DNA of 58,807 bases from a virus (IMGVR_UViG_3300005332_000001:1-58807), one strand, 5' to 3'; shown: positions 8,989 through 18,955, numbered from the stretch's first letter. Translations and numbers: made by a program. Notes: a model not told the origin generated them from the letters alone.

Positions 8989-10362
8989 TCATTGAAGTGA
9001 TGTGATACACCGACGCATTAATAGTTCCATGACCGGCGGGGTCACCGCGTTGCCGAGCTGCTTCACTTTCTCCCGCCGGGAGCCAGTGACGACGTATTCA
9101 CGCGGAAAGGCCATCGCCGCCTGGATCTCGTGTGGCTCCAGCATCCTGAAACCGCAATCCTCGACACGGACGTTCTGGGTCTGGTTTGCCGCGGTGGTCA
9201 CCAGGGCATACCGCGGCAGTGTGGTTACAGTCGGCGCAGCCTCGTCCACCGGGACGAGCCGACCGTTGTTGTAGTAGGTCATGAGCCACGCTGGCGGAAC
9301 CACCAGGCTCTGGTGGTTGCCTCCACCGACGATCGTACTCATGGGCTGGTTAATCGCGCGCGGGCGATACTCCGCCACGTGATCGAGCAAGAATGGCGAT
9401 GTCACCAGGGCCAAGTCGTCACGGATCGTTTGCGTAGGAAACGCGCGCTGCCCAGCAGGATAAATGCGTCCCTCATGGCCACCGTCGTGACTCAGAGTGA
9501 AAACCAGAGGTTCACGGGCGAACTTTTCCAGCCCATAGGCAATCCGCTCCATGGTTTTCTCTTTGAGCGGTCGGGCGCGATCGCCAATGCGCTGAATGGG
9601 GAGAGCCCAGTCAATGGCGCTGGCTGCCGGGTAGAAGTAGGGATTTACTTCTCTGGTTACACAGGTCGGGCAGCAGTACACATACTGCTGACGATACTTG
9701 CCTGCCTGTTTCATGGGGCTCTTCCAGCACTGGACAGACTCAACACCACACGCGCACTTGGGGCAATAGGCCAACGGGCGAATTGCCAGATCTGGCTTAC
9801 GATTGCCCCGCTTCCAGGCCACGAAGTACATGCGGTCCCGGCTTTGCGGCGTGGGATGGGCAAACATCGAGTTGAGATAGACGATCTCATGATCGTAGCC
9901 CAGGTTCTCCCACGCGTGCAGCCAGGCGTCCCACATGACCCAATAGCGGGCGTCTACCACGTTCTCAAGGATGACCAGCTCGTAGCCGTGACACTCTGTC
10001 CACCTGAGCGGGTCGAACATGGTGCAGCGGCTGCGCTCCTCTGCCGGGTCATAGCCAGTTTCACCGATGCCGGGCAGCGGCGCCCAGCCCACGCCCTTGC
10101 GCTGCTTGCCTTTCGAAAGGCTGTGGTTAGTGCACTCCGGCGACGCCACCAATATGGTTGTCGAGGGATAGCGCCAGGGGTCCGCGCGCGTGATGTCCGT
10201 CAGTACATGCGTCGTATTCGGGTGATTGGTGTTGTGTGTCTCAATGGCGCGCTGCCAGTGGTTGATGGCCAGGCGCACATCCGCGCCGGCCTGCACCGCA
10301 CCCGTCGAGCTGCCGCCTGCGCCACAGAACATATCCGTGATGGTGATGGTAGATGATTTCAT
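8989..10362 (-). CDS. DNA (cytosine-5) methyltransferase
   Basis: DMFCGAGG, SPEC, ENV, QSRDR, QLGNAV motifs; Zn-ribbon insert. Confidence 0.93.
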   Translation of the reverse strand: MKSSTITITDMFCGAGGSSTGAVQAGADVRLAINHWQRAIETHNTNHPNTTHVLTDITRADPWRYPSTTILVASPECTNHSLSKGKQRKGVGWAPLPGIGETGYDPAEERSRCTMFDPLRWTECHGYELVILENVVDARYWVMWDAWLHAWENLGYDHEIVYLNSMFAHPTPQSRDRMYFVAWKRGNRKPDLAIRPLAYCPKCACGVESVQCWKSPMKQAGKYRQQYVYCCPTCVTREVNPYFYPAASAIDWALPIQRIGDRARPLKEKTMERIAYGLEKFAREPLVFTLSHDGGHEGRIYPAGQRAFPTQTIRDDLALVTSPFLLDHVAEYRPRAINQPMSTIVGGGNHQSLVVPPAWLMTYYNNGRLVPVDEAAPTVTTLPRYALVTTAANQTQNVRVEDCGFRMLEPHEIQAAMAFPREYVVTGSRREKVKQLGNAVTPPVMELLMRRCITSLQ

Positions 10363-11567
10363 GACTGCTCCTCGCTTTCCAGGGCAGCCCAGAGCGAATG
10401 CCTTTCCTGCGCTGCGCGCACACGCTCAATCAGTTCATTGCCCGTTTCTTCGGTCCCATCCCAGCGACAGGGCCAGGTGTTGGCTTCAATGAGCTCCAGA
10501 ATGCGGGCGTGCTCTTCAATGTTGATCAGATCGACTATTGGTCGCCCTTGCTCGCGCGCATCAATGTTGATCTCGGCCTGGATGGCGAGTACCTGGCCCA
10601 GCCCGTATCGGCGAGCGTTCATTGTGTACGGGCCCATCCGATTCGGGTTGGCCGATGGCGTCCCGTCCTTTTTGCGCTCGTCGATCTTGCGCAGGCGAAA
10701 CTGCGGTTGTACCAGCTCCTGGTAGAGTGGTTTGAGCCGCTTGAACGGGGCGAGATATGCCCACTGCGGCAGCTTGAGAATGGCGTCGAGCGCCACATCC
10801 TTGCTGGCCAGATTGCAGCCAACGCATCCGGTCCGCGCGTTGATCTCTTCGGCCTCATCGCCGCCGTACGCCTCGGCCACCATTTGTGTGGAGAAGCCAT
10901 AGCTAGGCGCGTGGAACGTGAGCCAGTCCCAAATATGGCAGACGCGCCAGTGCAAGAGAGGCGCCAGGACGTCGGCAACGCTGGCCGGCGTTTGCATCTG
11001 GAACCAACCCTGCCCGCACTCGCCGCCGTCTTTGGAGCACGAGAGCGCAATACGCTGGTCGCGGGCCGCACTCTCGCCCAGGCGCACGCCAGTCAGCATC
11101 AGGAACTTCTCCTGATACTGCTCACGCAGGCCCTGGAGCGCCAACTCCATTGGCTCAACCTTTAATTGCGGCGTGCACCAGCGGAAACGATTTTTCGGAG
11201 CCGGGACCCCGCGGCCAAACAAGTACACGAAGAACCTGTCGTCCAGCGCGGGCAGCACCACCTGGGTTTTTACCCCACGCTGCTGTAGCTCGCCCAGGAT
11301 CGTCATGGCGCAGGCGTGCAGTGGAGGCAGCTCCATGCGAGTGTCAGCATAAAGCACCGTGAGGCTCTCAGGTGCTGGAATCTGGCCTGTGGCGATGAGG
11401 TGGCATACCAGCGTGACCGTGGCCGTAGAATCCTTGCCGCCACTGTAGGCAATAGCCCAATGTTTGTAGAGCGGCCCGTATGCTTGCAGGCTCTCAACGG
11501 TGAGAGCGATAGATCGCTCCATAGTGAGCCGCTCCTCTTCCCAGAGGCTGGGTGTTGCTTTGCTCAT
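10359..11567 (-). CDS. PAPS-reductase family, DndC-like PP-loop protein
   Basis: AYSGGKDS, DTRMELP, RWCTPQLK, GVRLGESAARD, RTGCVGC. Confidence 0.85.
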   Translation of the reverse strand: MSKATPSLWEEERLTMERSIALTVESLQAYGPLYKHWAIAYSGGKDSTATVTLVCHLIATGQIPAPESLTVLYADTRMELPPLHACAMTILGELQQRGVKTQVVLPALDDRFFVYLFGRGVPAPKNRFRWCTPQLKVEPMELALQGLREQYQEKFLMLTGVRLGESAARDQRIALSCSKDGGECGQGWFQMQTPASVADVLAPLLHWRVCHIWDWLTFHAPSYGFSTQMVAEAYGGDEAEEINARTGCVGCNLASKDVALDAILKLPQWAYLAPFKRLKPLYQELVQPQFRLRKIDERKKDGTPSANPNRMGPYTMNARRYGLGQVLAIQAEINIDAREQGRPIVDLINIEEHARILELIEANTWPCRWDGTEETGNELIERVRAAQERHSLWAALESEEQS

Positions 11568-11767
11568 CGCACTACCTCTTTCTCTGGCTTCGTGGCGTCG
11601 ATCATGGCCAGCAATCGCACTCGCTTAGTGTCATCCCTGTCCAGGTGGATGGCATCATGCAGCGGGCAATTCAGGCATTCCCACTGGCCTGTTTCGTCCT
11701 CGTTCTGGATGTAGCGCCAGATAGGCGTGCGGCAGTCGCACTTGGCGGGATGTGGAGGTATTCTCAT
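11564..11767 (-). CDS. Small Zn-finger protein
   Basis: CDC...WECLNC; coupled overlaps. Confidence 0.65.
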   Translation of the reverse strand: MRIPPHPAKCDCRTPIWRYIQNEDETGQWECLNCPLHDAIHLDRDDTKRVRLLAMIDATKPEKEVVR

Positions 11768-12030
11768 TGCGCCACCTCACTCTTTGCCACAACCGAATTG
11801 GGCACTGCTATCCCGAATCGCCCTGGATCGTGCAGCACCTCAATAAAGTTGCGACATACACGGTTCTTTGGCCAGCCAAATGCTTCAGGGGTGACATAAC
11901 GGGTCTTACACTGGCCAGTCTTGGGATCGTATCCCGTAACTCTCATAAGCATCTCAGGCGCTTTGCGGTCGGCGTCGTGCAAGACAAGATCGCCTGGCAT
12001 CCAGTGGATAGTGTTGGGTTCGTAGTTCAT
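11764..12030 (-). CDS. Hypothetical protein
   Basis: GAGGTG RBS, ATGA overlap at 12027-12030. Confidence 0.65.
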   Translation of the reverse strand: MNYEPNTIHWMPGDLVLHDADRKAPEMLMRVTGYDPKTGQCKTRYVTPEAFGWPKNRVCRNFIEVLHDPGRFGIAVPNSVVAKSEVAQ

Positions 12031-12260
12031 TTCACACCTCTCACTCGATGGCAGGGGCATGTACACATGCCTGGATTCTTATCGATATCGCCCTCGCCGA
12101 ATGTCACCATGGCATTGAAGCGAGACATGCCCTTTTCCATCGCTAGGCAGGTGAGGGCGTCGTCATGCTTGCAATCGGTGCAATGGAAGCGGTGCCCTGG
12201 CTGAATCAGTGTGGGATCGATGACGATGGTTCCCGCGGGCAGTGGTGGTTTGTTCTTCAT
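12027..12260 (-). CDS. Small Cys-rich protein
   Basis: CTDC, CTCPCH; coupled overlaps. Confidence 0.6.
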   Translation of the reverse strand: MKNKPPLPAGTIVIDPTLIQPGHRFHCTDCKHDDALTCLAMEKGMSRFNAMVTFGEGDIDKNPGMCTCPCHRVRGVK

Positions 12261-12949
12261 ATGGCCATCTCGCAATCTGCTTTACGCCCACGCTGTTCTG
12301 GGCCGCCCAATCGCTCTTTGTCGCCTACCAGAATATCAAGTAACCATATCCAGTCGGCGCGGCGATGGTCGATTTCTGCTGGATAGGTGATGATGAAGCG
12401 TCGAATTTCTGCTGGCTTAATGGTGTGCTGGCCATTCTCACGGCTTTTGTCTACAGGCGCGTCGAGCCAGCCATTGCGAATCCATCGCTCTACCTTGTGA
12501 AAATCGCAGCCGAGAGCATCGGCCAAGGCGCGGATGGTGTAGGTATCTCCCTGCGCGCGGCGAAATTTCATCCGTTTTGCTTTGAGTCTCACGGCGGCTT
12601 CGGTGCGGCCCAGGTGTTTGGCGATGCTCTTGATCGAGGCGCGCTTGCCTGATGGCCTTTGGTAGTTCTCTTGCAAATAGGCCAGATCCTCTGGCGTCCA
12701 GAAGTCGTCGCGTGTGCGTGCAAGGCCCATTTTGCGCCCCCACGCCTTGACGGTTGTGCGCGACGCCCCTGTTTTCTCAACCAGGTAGTTGATGCTCTTG
12801 CTCACACTTCCGTATTCAGGATTGCCATAGACGGCGCGAATCAAGTTGCGATCAGCCTCGCTGAGCACGTACTTTTGTCGAATGCCGCCTTTGTTGCTCC
12901 CTGCGCGCTTCTCGCCAACCTGTGCCAGCGACATAAGTGGTTGTGTCAT
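12257..12949 (-). CDS. Multi-HTH DNA-binding protein
   Basis: WTPEDLAYL..IAKHLGRTEAAVRLKA; YTIRALADALGCDFHKVERWIRNG. Confidence 0.8.
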   Translation of the reverse strand: MTQPLMSLAQVGEKRAGSNKGGIRQKYVLSEADRNLIRAVYGNPEYGSVSKSINYLVEKTGASRTTVKAWGRKMGLARTRDDFWTPEDLAYLQENYQRPSGKRASIKSIAKHLGRTEAAVRLKAKRMKFRRAQGDTYTIRALADALGCDFHKVERWIRNGWLDAPVDKSRENGQHTIKPAEIRRFIITYPAEIDHRRADWIWLLDILVGDKERLGGPEQRGRKADCEMAI

Positions 12950-13791
12950 GCTAGGGCCTCACTTTCAAACAAGTGCATCTGTTGGGCGCCCGCCGCTTTC
13001 TGATTGAGCCAGAGCACCTCCTGGCGAACATTGCCGTGCTCAGTCACCGCCGGAGTAGTCACACGATGCCAGTGGGCCAGGCGGGTGTCGTAGATTGGAT
13101 GGGCGTATCCTGAGAGCACCACAGGGCCTCGGTGAACATCCAGGGCATTCAACAGAGCCACGTGCTCGTCGTCGCTCATTTCGTAGCGATAGTATTTCCG
13201 CGACCTGGTAGAGAGGGGATACGGGGGATCGGCGTAAATCAGACACCCAGGATTGTTATAGTAGGTGATCATTTCCATCGCCGGTCTGTTGCGGATCTCA
13301 GCATCTTTTAAGCGATCAACGGTGGCGAGCAGGCGCTCAGGAAGTTTGCGCCAGAGCCTAACTGGATGGACGCTGCCATGCAGCCCGTTGTGTTTCCATC
13401 CGCTCACCTGGTTGATAGTTCCGCCGTGGGCCTGCCAGCTCCTGATCAGGAACCGGCGAGCGTTCTCTACAGGATCATCTGACCCCTCATAGTTCCGCTC
13501 GTAGAGTTCATATTCGCTTTCGGACCAGGGGGTAAACTCGATCTGCTCTGCCAGCTGGCGTGCTGCCTCTGGATCGCGTAGGACCGCAAAGAGATTCACT
13601 ACCGCTCCGTTCAAGTCATTCAGTACTTCGTGGGGAACCTGCGCCTTGTTGAAGAACACGGCCGCGCTCCCACAGTATGGCTCAAGATAGTGCTTGTGCT
13701 CAGGGAAGAATGAGGTAATCCATGCCGCTTTGCCCCATTTTGCCCCAGGATATTTGAGTATGGGCTTGATGGTAGGGGTTGATCGCATCAT
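12946..13791 (-). CDS. DNA adenine methyltransferase (Dam/D12 class)
   Basis: KYPGAK, YLEPYCGSAAV, LNDLN, YADPPY; start at ATG 13791 coupled to upstream stop. Confidence 0.93.
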   Translation of the reverse strand: MMRSTPTIKPILKYPGAKWGKAAWITSFFPEHKHYLEPYCGSAAVFFNKAQVPHEVLNDLNGAVVNLFAVLRDPEAARQLAEQIEFTPWSESEYELYERNYEGSDDPVENARRFLIRSWQAHGGTINQVSGWKHNGLHGSVHPVRLWRKLPERLLATVDRLKDAEIRNRPAMEMITYYNNPGCLIYADPPYPLSTRSRKYYRYEMSDDEHVALLNALDVHRGPVVLSGYAHPIYDTRLAHWHRVTTPAVTEHGNVRQEVLWLNQKAAGAQQMHLFESEALA

Positions 13792-14225
13792 GCCGCCACC
13801 ATTTCTTTCTCGGGTGCGCTCGGCACATCCATCGCCGCCAGGAGCAGCTCGATAAAGATGGCATTGGCGCGATTGTCTTTGCGTACCTCGCGTATGCCGT
13901 TGCTGGCATACCAGTAAGAGGTTTCCAGCGTGCGACCCAGCTGGCGGCGGAGCCACTGCTGCGAATAGCGTCCGAACCACGAGAGCACGTATGGGGCGAT
14001 CGGGGTACTGGCGGCGATGGCCAATGAGACGGGGGCATTGAGGCTGGCCAGGGCGGACTGCATAGCTTCCAGGGCAACGATACGCGCCTCTATGCGTACA
14101 TGCAGTTCTGAGAATGAGCGCCGTCCGTTCAGTGCAAAGAGCGGATGCCAGTGGTATTCGCCGCGGCGAAATGTGCACTCTACGGCGTATTCGCGTGCTA
14201 TAATATCAGTGATGGAATTGGGCAA
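13788..14225 (-). CDS. Hypothetical protein
   Basis: AGGAGGT RBS before TTG 14225. Confidence 0.65.
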   Translation of the reverse strand: MPNSITDIIAREYAVECTFRRGEYHWHPLFALNGRRSFSELHVRIEARIVALEAMQSALASLNAPVSLAIAASTPIAPYVLSWFGRYSQQWLRRQLGRTLETSYWYASNGIREVRKDNRANAIFIELLLAAMDVPSAPEKEMVAA

Positions 14226-14717
14226 GACACACCTCCTCGTGTGGCTTACCAAGCGGCTTCGCTCAATTGTTGAGCTTGTTCTGTTTAATATTATCTACTG
14301 AACAGAAGCCGCTTGACAAGCCGGTTTACGACAACGACGATAAAGAGCGTTCAAAACGAAATGGTTCTGGTGTTTCCGCTCGCTTTGTGTTACACTCCAC
14401 GAGACACACCTCAGGCAGCTGGTCGCGTACGGAGCGACTGGCTGCTTTGCTTTTGCCAGGCTCGCCGCCCAGCAGGATCAGAATATTGTGTAAAATATGT
14501 ATCTGCATGTTTCAAACCATCTTTTCCTGTTCTGCCGCCAAAAAAGCCTTGAAATTGGCTGAATTTTTAGCTATACTTACTCATGACAAATGCATGTGCC
14601 CTTTGGGACATGATTGATGCTTACAGTGTTTGGCGACACAGGTGAATATTCAATTTTGTTTGTCACGGGGGCAGCTCCGCATGTGAACGCCCAACGATCA
14701 CAATTGGAGAGTTGCCC

Positions 14718-14972
14718 CTAAACTCCCACTAGCTCCGATTCATCAACATCTTCAACATCCTCAGACTCCGCTCCCTCTTCCGCTCCCTGTTGCTGCTCAC
14801 TCGTGGTATGGGTGAGTTGTTTGTATGCTTGCAGATCTTCAGGGGAGATGCGATATTCTCTGCCAAACCGATTCGCGTGCAGTCGCCCTCGCTTGATTTC
14901 TGCCTGAACATACCTTTCTGTCATATTCAGGTGGTGAGCAACCTGCTTCACGGTGTAATATTGTCCTTCCAT
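14718..14972 (-). CDS. Excisionase-like HTH_17 protein with acidic tail
   Basis: YYTVKQVAHHLNMTERYVQAEIKRGRLHANRFGREYRI. Confidence 0.85.
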   Translation of the reverse strand: MEGQYYTVKQVAHHLNMTERYVQAEIKRGRLHANRFGREYRISPEDLQAYKQLTHTTSEQQQGAEEGAESEDVEDVDESELVGV

Positions 14973-15033
14973 TCGTCTCCCCTATGATACGTTTGTCTAC
15001 GTCTTTTCAAGTATGCGCAATGCTATACAAACA

Positions 15034-15062
15034 AGCATACACCCTAAAAATACCGGCGTCAA
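15034..15062 (-). promoter_or_regulatory. Sigma70-type promoter for leftward operon
   Basis: TTGACG-17bp-TATGCT on minus strand. Confidence 0.65.
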
Positions 15063-15206
15063 GGGGTTTTCAAGGCAATTTTTGGCAGATTTTTGCAAGT
15101 TAAGAAATTGCAACCCAAATGAAGCGGTTTATGAATTTTTATTCATAGAGTTACAACTACTTCTCTATTGACATCGTGCGGTTGGTGGTAGCTTGAGACG
15201 CGCAAG

Positions 15207-15240
15207 GCCGCTCTCCTACCTGGCGAGGATGAGAGCGGCC
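15207..15240. terminator. Hairpin/terminator downstream of 15285-15563
   Basis: GGCCGCTCTC...GAGAGCGGCC. Confidence 0.5.
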
Positions 15241-15284
15241 CTGTGCGTGCTTGAGAAATTGCGCTTCTGTTGTTGTTGGCAACC

Positions 15285-15563
15285 TCACTGTGAGGCCACC
15301 GCAGTCAGTGTAGCATCCGGGATGGTCCACGTCAACGTCTCGCGCTCGTGTACGAGCAGCGTGTCTGGCACCCCTTGCTCATATAACCAATTGAGCGCCG
15401 CCGAATACGTTCTGTTCGCCGCATTCTTTGCGGCGAAGTGTTTCGCATTTGGCTTTCTCCCGCGCTTCAGCAACTCTTCCTCGCGTTTTTCCATTTTGTC
15501 GAAGCGTTGCCATCCTGCGTTCAGGGCGTCAATGTGCTGCTGGATCTCTTCACGTGTCGCCAT
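15285..15563 (-). CDS. Hypothetical protein
   Basis: AGAGAGG RBS; protein-like composition. Confidence 0.7.
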   Translation of the reverse strand: MATREEIQQHIDALNAGWQRFDKMEKREEELLKRGRKPNAKHFAAKNAANRTYSAALNWLYEQGVPDTLLVHERETLTWTIPDATLTAVASQ

Positions 15564-15720
15564 AGCCTCTCTCTTTTTCCGTGGGCGCCGATTAGATATA
15601 TCAGGGTAGGTATATCCCCCCTATACCAGAGAGTATAGCATATGCCAGCCGGGATATTTCATCTCTCGGCGATCTACCAGATTGTCTCTATACTTGCCTG
15701 CAAGGGGAGAAGAGACAATC

Positions 15721-15945
15721 ATGATACGACTACGGGTGAAAGAAATCGCACAACGCAAGGGCATCAGCCAAACACGACTGGGCCAGCTCGCACTAATCGA
15801 CGTGGAGCGGATGCGCAAGATCTGGCGCGATGGGACGTCTCAGAAAGTTAATCTCACGCTGCAAGTCCTGGACCGACTGGCCAAAGCTTTGGACGTCGAT
15901 GCCTCTGAGTTGATCGAATCCACCCCTGATGAATCCGACGAATAG
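15721..15945 (+). CDS. Cro/C1-type HTH regulator (HTH_26-like)
   Basis: MIRLRVKEIAQRKGISQTRLGQLA...TLQVLDRLAKALDV. Confidence 0.88.
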   Translation: MIRLRVKEIAQRKGISQTRLGQLALIDVERMRKIWRDGTSQKVNLTLQVLDRLAKALDVDASELIESTPDESDE

Positions 15946-16053
15946 GGAGTGGGGATTTATCCCACCGTGTCTATCCCCTGAAATATTCCCGGCTCCCTTA
16001 TCAGGCGGGATATCTGTACACTGACTTTTATCCAGGGATGAAAGAGGCTACAG

Positions 16054-16272
16054 ATGTTTCGCTTGAAGGTGCGTGAGGTTGCGGAGGCGCAGGGGCTAAG
16101 CCAGTCGCGTTTAAGTAGGTTAGCTGATGTCGATCCGAAGGTTGTACGCCAGGTCTATCAACAACCAAGCGCGTCTATCACGCTGTACGTTCTCGACAAA
16201 CTGGCGAAAGCATTGCACGTGGACATTTCTCAGCTCATCGAGAGCGTTCCCGATGATCTAGAAGAAACATAA
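16054..16272 (+). CDS. Cro/C1-type HTH regulator, paralog of 15721
   Basis: MFRLKVREVAEAQGLSQSRLSRLA...TLYVLDKLAKALHV. Confidence 0.88.
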   Translation: MFRLKVREVAEAQGLSQSRLSRLADVDPKVVRQVYQQPSASITLYVLDKLAKALHVDISQLIESVPDDLEET

Positions 16273-17259
16273 GGGCCTATTCGGTTGTTCAAGTGCAATG
16301 GGGTATCGGTAATTTGGATCATGCAATTTTAACTATTTTCGGGTATACTCTTTTGTGATATGGAACCCTGGCCAGGATCGCTCCATTTGTGTTGCGCCTG
16401 AGATAACTGTTACTTATCTCAGTCGCGTTTGTAGTGCCTCCCAGGCTCTCATAAAGCCCTGGCACGGTGGCGGCGCTGCACCTCCTTGTGCGTATTTATC
16501 GAAGCCAGCTATCGCGCTGGCAGAGGTTGTCGAGGTTAAGATGGGTGTATGCGCCGGGTGTCATGATTGTGCTCATGAGAAGCCCCGGTTTCGCCCTTGG
16601 GAGATAGCTGCCCACGTCACAGGCACAGAGCTGATAGCGAAAAGCGATATGATGGTTGGTTCAGGTTAACTAAACTGTACCATCCATTTTTTGAATCTGC
16701 TAGTGGTATAAATGTCTATGCCATTCACTTTTGGCATAGACGACATATCTATATCCCCTGTTTACAAGTATAACGTTTACCCTACTTCGCGCCGCGCTAC
16801 AAGCCGGCTCAGAAATATTTTTACGTTTATGGCATCTGCGTCACGTTGGTAGCGAGTGTACACCTGTTCGACAGTATTTCTACCGAGAATGCACCAAAAA
16901 TCTACACCATCATAATAGATCTATCTATCAGTGATAGGCTACATCTATCACCCTGGCAACCATTTTGCGCTTATCTGCTTTGTAGCAGGCTCCGCCCAGT
17001 GAACAGTGCGCGCAATGCGTGTGGTTTTGACGCAGAGGATATGGGTGTTCAATTGTTCAGGTACTAAAAAGGGGCAGCGATCTCAATGATGAAGACACAT
17101 TTACGCTGGCGACACAGGATGCAGAGATCGCTGCCAATAGTGAACGGCGTACAGAGGACCGTCGCTCACTGATATGCAACGCTGGCGGATCGATCGGCGC
17201 GGTCCATCTGCGCCGGACCAGCGTTGCTATGTGAGGAAGTGTACACGATGAGGATAAAA

Positions 17260-17289
17260 GAATACCCGCTTTTTCTATAGCGGGTATTC
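17260..17289 (-). terminator. Intrinsic terminator
   Basis: GAATACCCGCT/AGCGGGTATTC 11-bp stem with T-run on minus strand. Confidence 0.75.
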
Positions 17290-17297
17290 AAGATTTT

Positions 17298-17690
17298 CTA
17301 ATGAGTCTCTAATGACGAAAGTTCCTGCGTTACCGATGACTCAATTGCATGGAACATTCCAATATCCGTTTTTTGCTGCCATTCATCAAGCTCATGGAAG
17401 TGCTTGACATAGCTCGCTTTAGGATCGTGCAGTAGTTGGAACATCAAGACATTCCAGGTTGACGCAACCAGATGACCACCATGCTCAGCAGGAATGTGGA
17501 CTCCGGCTTGAAGCGATGGGGTGATAATGGCGCGCACATGGTTGAAAAGCTGTTTGACAGCCTCTTGCTCCCAAACATCCATCTCATCCCAGGGGGTAAC
17601 ATAACTTGCTTTGGGTGTGCCTGGATAGTGTTCGTTGACGCCATCGATCCATGCCTGGCGGGTGGCGCGATAACCTTGTTCAAAATCCAT
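17298..17690 (-). CDS. Conserved hypothetical with duplicated PKASYV..W/F.E motif
   Basis: PKASYVTPWDEMDVWEQE / PKASYVKHFHELDEWQQKTD; resembles actinobacterial XRE-TPR partner (from recall). Confidence 0.8.
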   Translation of the reverse strand: MDFEQGYRATRQAWIDGVNEHYPGTPKASYVTPWDEMDVWEQEAVKQLFNHVRAIITPSLQAGVHIPAEHGGHLVASTWNVLMFQLLHDPKASYVKHFHELDEWQQKTDIGMFHAIESSVTQELSSLETH

Positions 17691-17707
17691 GATAGGTTTC
17701 CTTTCCT

Positions 17708-18955
17708 CTATGAGAGTGTTGCAATGTGCTTTTCCAGCGATTTTACAGGTGTGCTGACAGAAAATGGAGTAAGCTGCTGTTGAATCTGCGCCAGATTGCT
17801 GCGGAGAAAACCTGATGAAAGCTGAGCAGATATATTGACTAGCTCATTAGCGTAAGTACAAGCGTTTTCTATCTGCCCTTGCTGAATTGAGGCAACCGCC
17901 AAATCTGAGAGAATCATCCCTCGTCTACGGCTTGAATTTGTCTGTTGTTGGAGTGCTTTTTCGAGGACAGGCATGGCTAGAGCTGGTTCTTTCAAACGAA
18001 CATAGCATGCCCCTTGTAACGCAGCCAGGCGCGACCCATCAAAGCGCGTCCATGCTGGTGGCCTGGTTCCGGCGATGTGATGAACTTCTCCTGCTCTCTC
18101 CAATGCTCTTTGGCAGGCCTTACTGTTCCCAACTCCTGATTCTGCCTCCGCATAGGTAGCAGCTGCCCAGTATCTCGTAGGGAACGCGGAATCCCCGCGC
18201 AAGGCAATTCGTTCAGCTAGCTTGAGCATAGGCAAAGCATTTTCATGCTGCCCATTGAAAATCGGGAGGTAAGAGTGACGGATCAGAGCACTTGCCCAGA
18301 GGTCATATGCTTTGGCTTCTTTTGCCGCCGTCGCTGCAAACAGGTAGCAGGACTGAGCGGCGTCATGGTCGTGCAGGTCAAAAAAGATTTCGCCTGCGAG
18401 CTGGCTCATGTTGCTCGTAACAGCACAAAGACCTTGGCGTACTTCTGGCGGGTGGGACTCATTCAAAAACTGTGTTTGCATGTTAAGCTGTCCCAGGACA
18501 CCATCGAGCACCGATGGCTTTGATACTGATGCAAGATAAAGATTCCAGCACCGATTGGTGATCGTTTCCAGGTCACTCACGACAGATGCATTTGTATAGA
18601 TTGGGTTGGCAAGTGATGCGTCTAAGCGTTCCATGTCAATATCTGAGACGAGGAGCGCCCCGCCAGCAATGCCAAGTAAGCGTAGCAATTCACGACGTTT
18701 GATAGTCATGTCCTTTCGTACATGTGGTGATTCTTCAACATCATGCATCGGCGCTAAATCCTGAGCATCGCATCCGATTACATGGGCTAGTTTGACACGT
18801 CTCTCTCTTGGGATAATGCCATGTCCAGCAGCGTACCAGTAGAGAGTTTGTTCAGGAATATCTGTTTCGGTGGCCAGTTCCCTCATTGGAATACCAGCCT
18901 CTTCGATCAGTGCTCGTAGCTTGTTGGGATGATTTTTCTTTTGCATCCTGCTCAC
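17708..18955 (-). CDS. XRE-HTH + TPR-like helical-repeat regulator
   Basis: LRALIEEAGIPMRELATETDIPEQTLYWY HTH; RRELLRLLG linker; Ala-rich helical repeats. Confidence 0.85.
   Translation of the reverse strand: MSRMQKKNHPNKLRALIEEAGIPMRELATETDIPEQTLYWYAAGHGIIPRERRVKLAHVIGCDAQDLAPMHDVEESPHVRKDMTIKRRELLRLLGIAGGALLVSDIDMERLDASLANPIYTNASVVSDLETITNRCWNLYLASVSKPSVLDGVLGQLNMQTQFLNESHPPEVRQGLCAVTSNMSQLAGEIFFDLHDHDAAQSCYLFAATAAKEAKAYDLWASALIRHSYLPIFNGQHENALPMLKLAERIALRGDSAFPTRYWAAATYAEAESGVGNSKACQRALERAGEVHHIAGTRPPAWTRFDGSRLAALQGACYVRLKEPALAMPVLEKALQQQTNSSRRRGMILSDLAVASIQQGQIENACTYANELVNISAQLSSGFLRSNLAQIQQQLTPFSVSTPVKSLEKHIATLS

Noticed and set aside
9130-11165. Long plus-strand ORFs (408 aa, 255 aa) and similar antisense ORFs elsewhere
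   Set aside because: Shadow frames of well-supported opposite-strand genes; no motifs or RBS.
10359-11567. Auxiliary metabolic cysH for sulfate assimilation
   Set aside because: 402-aa length, DndC-like motifs and methylase context argue against a metabolic role; not formally excluded.
13792-14178. N-terminal extension of the Dam ORF
   Set aside because: Overlaps a better-supported gene (13788-14225); Dam motifs start after ATG 13791.
16441-16462. tRNA-Met gene (CTCATAA loop in a GGCT/AGCC stem)
   Set aside because: No acceptor stem or T arm could be built around it.
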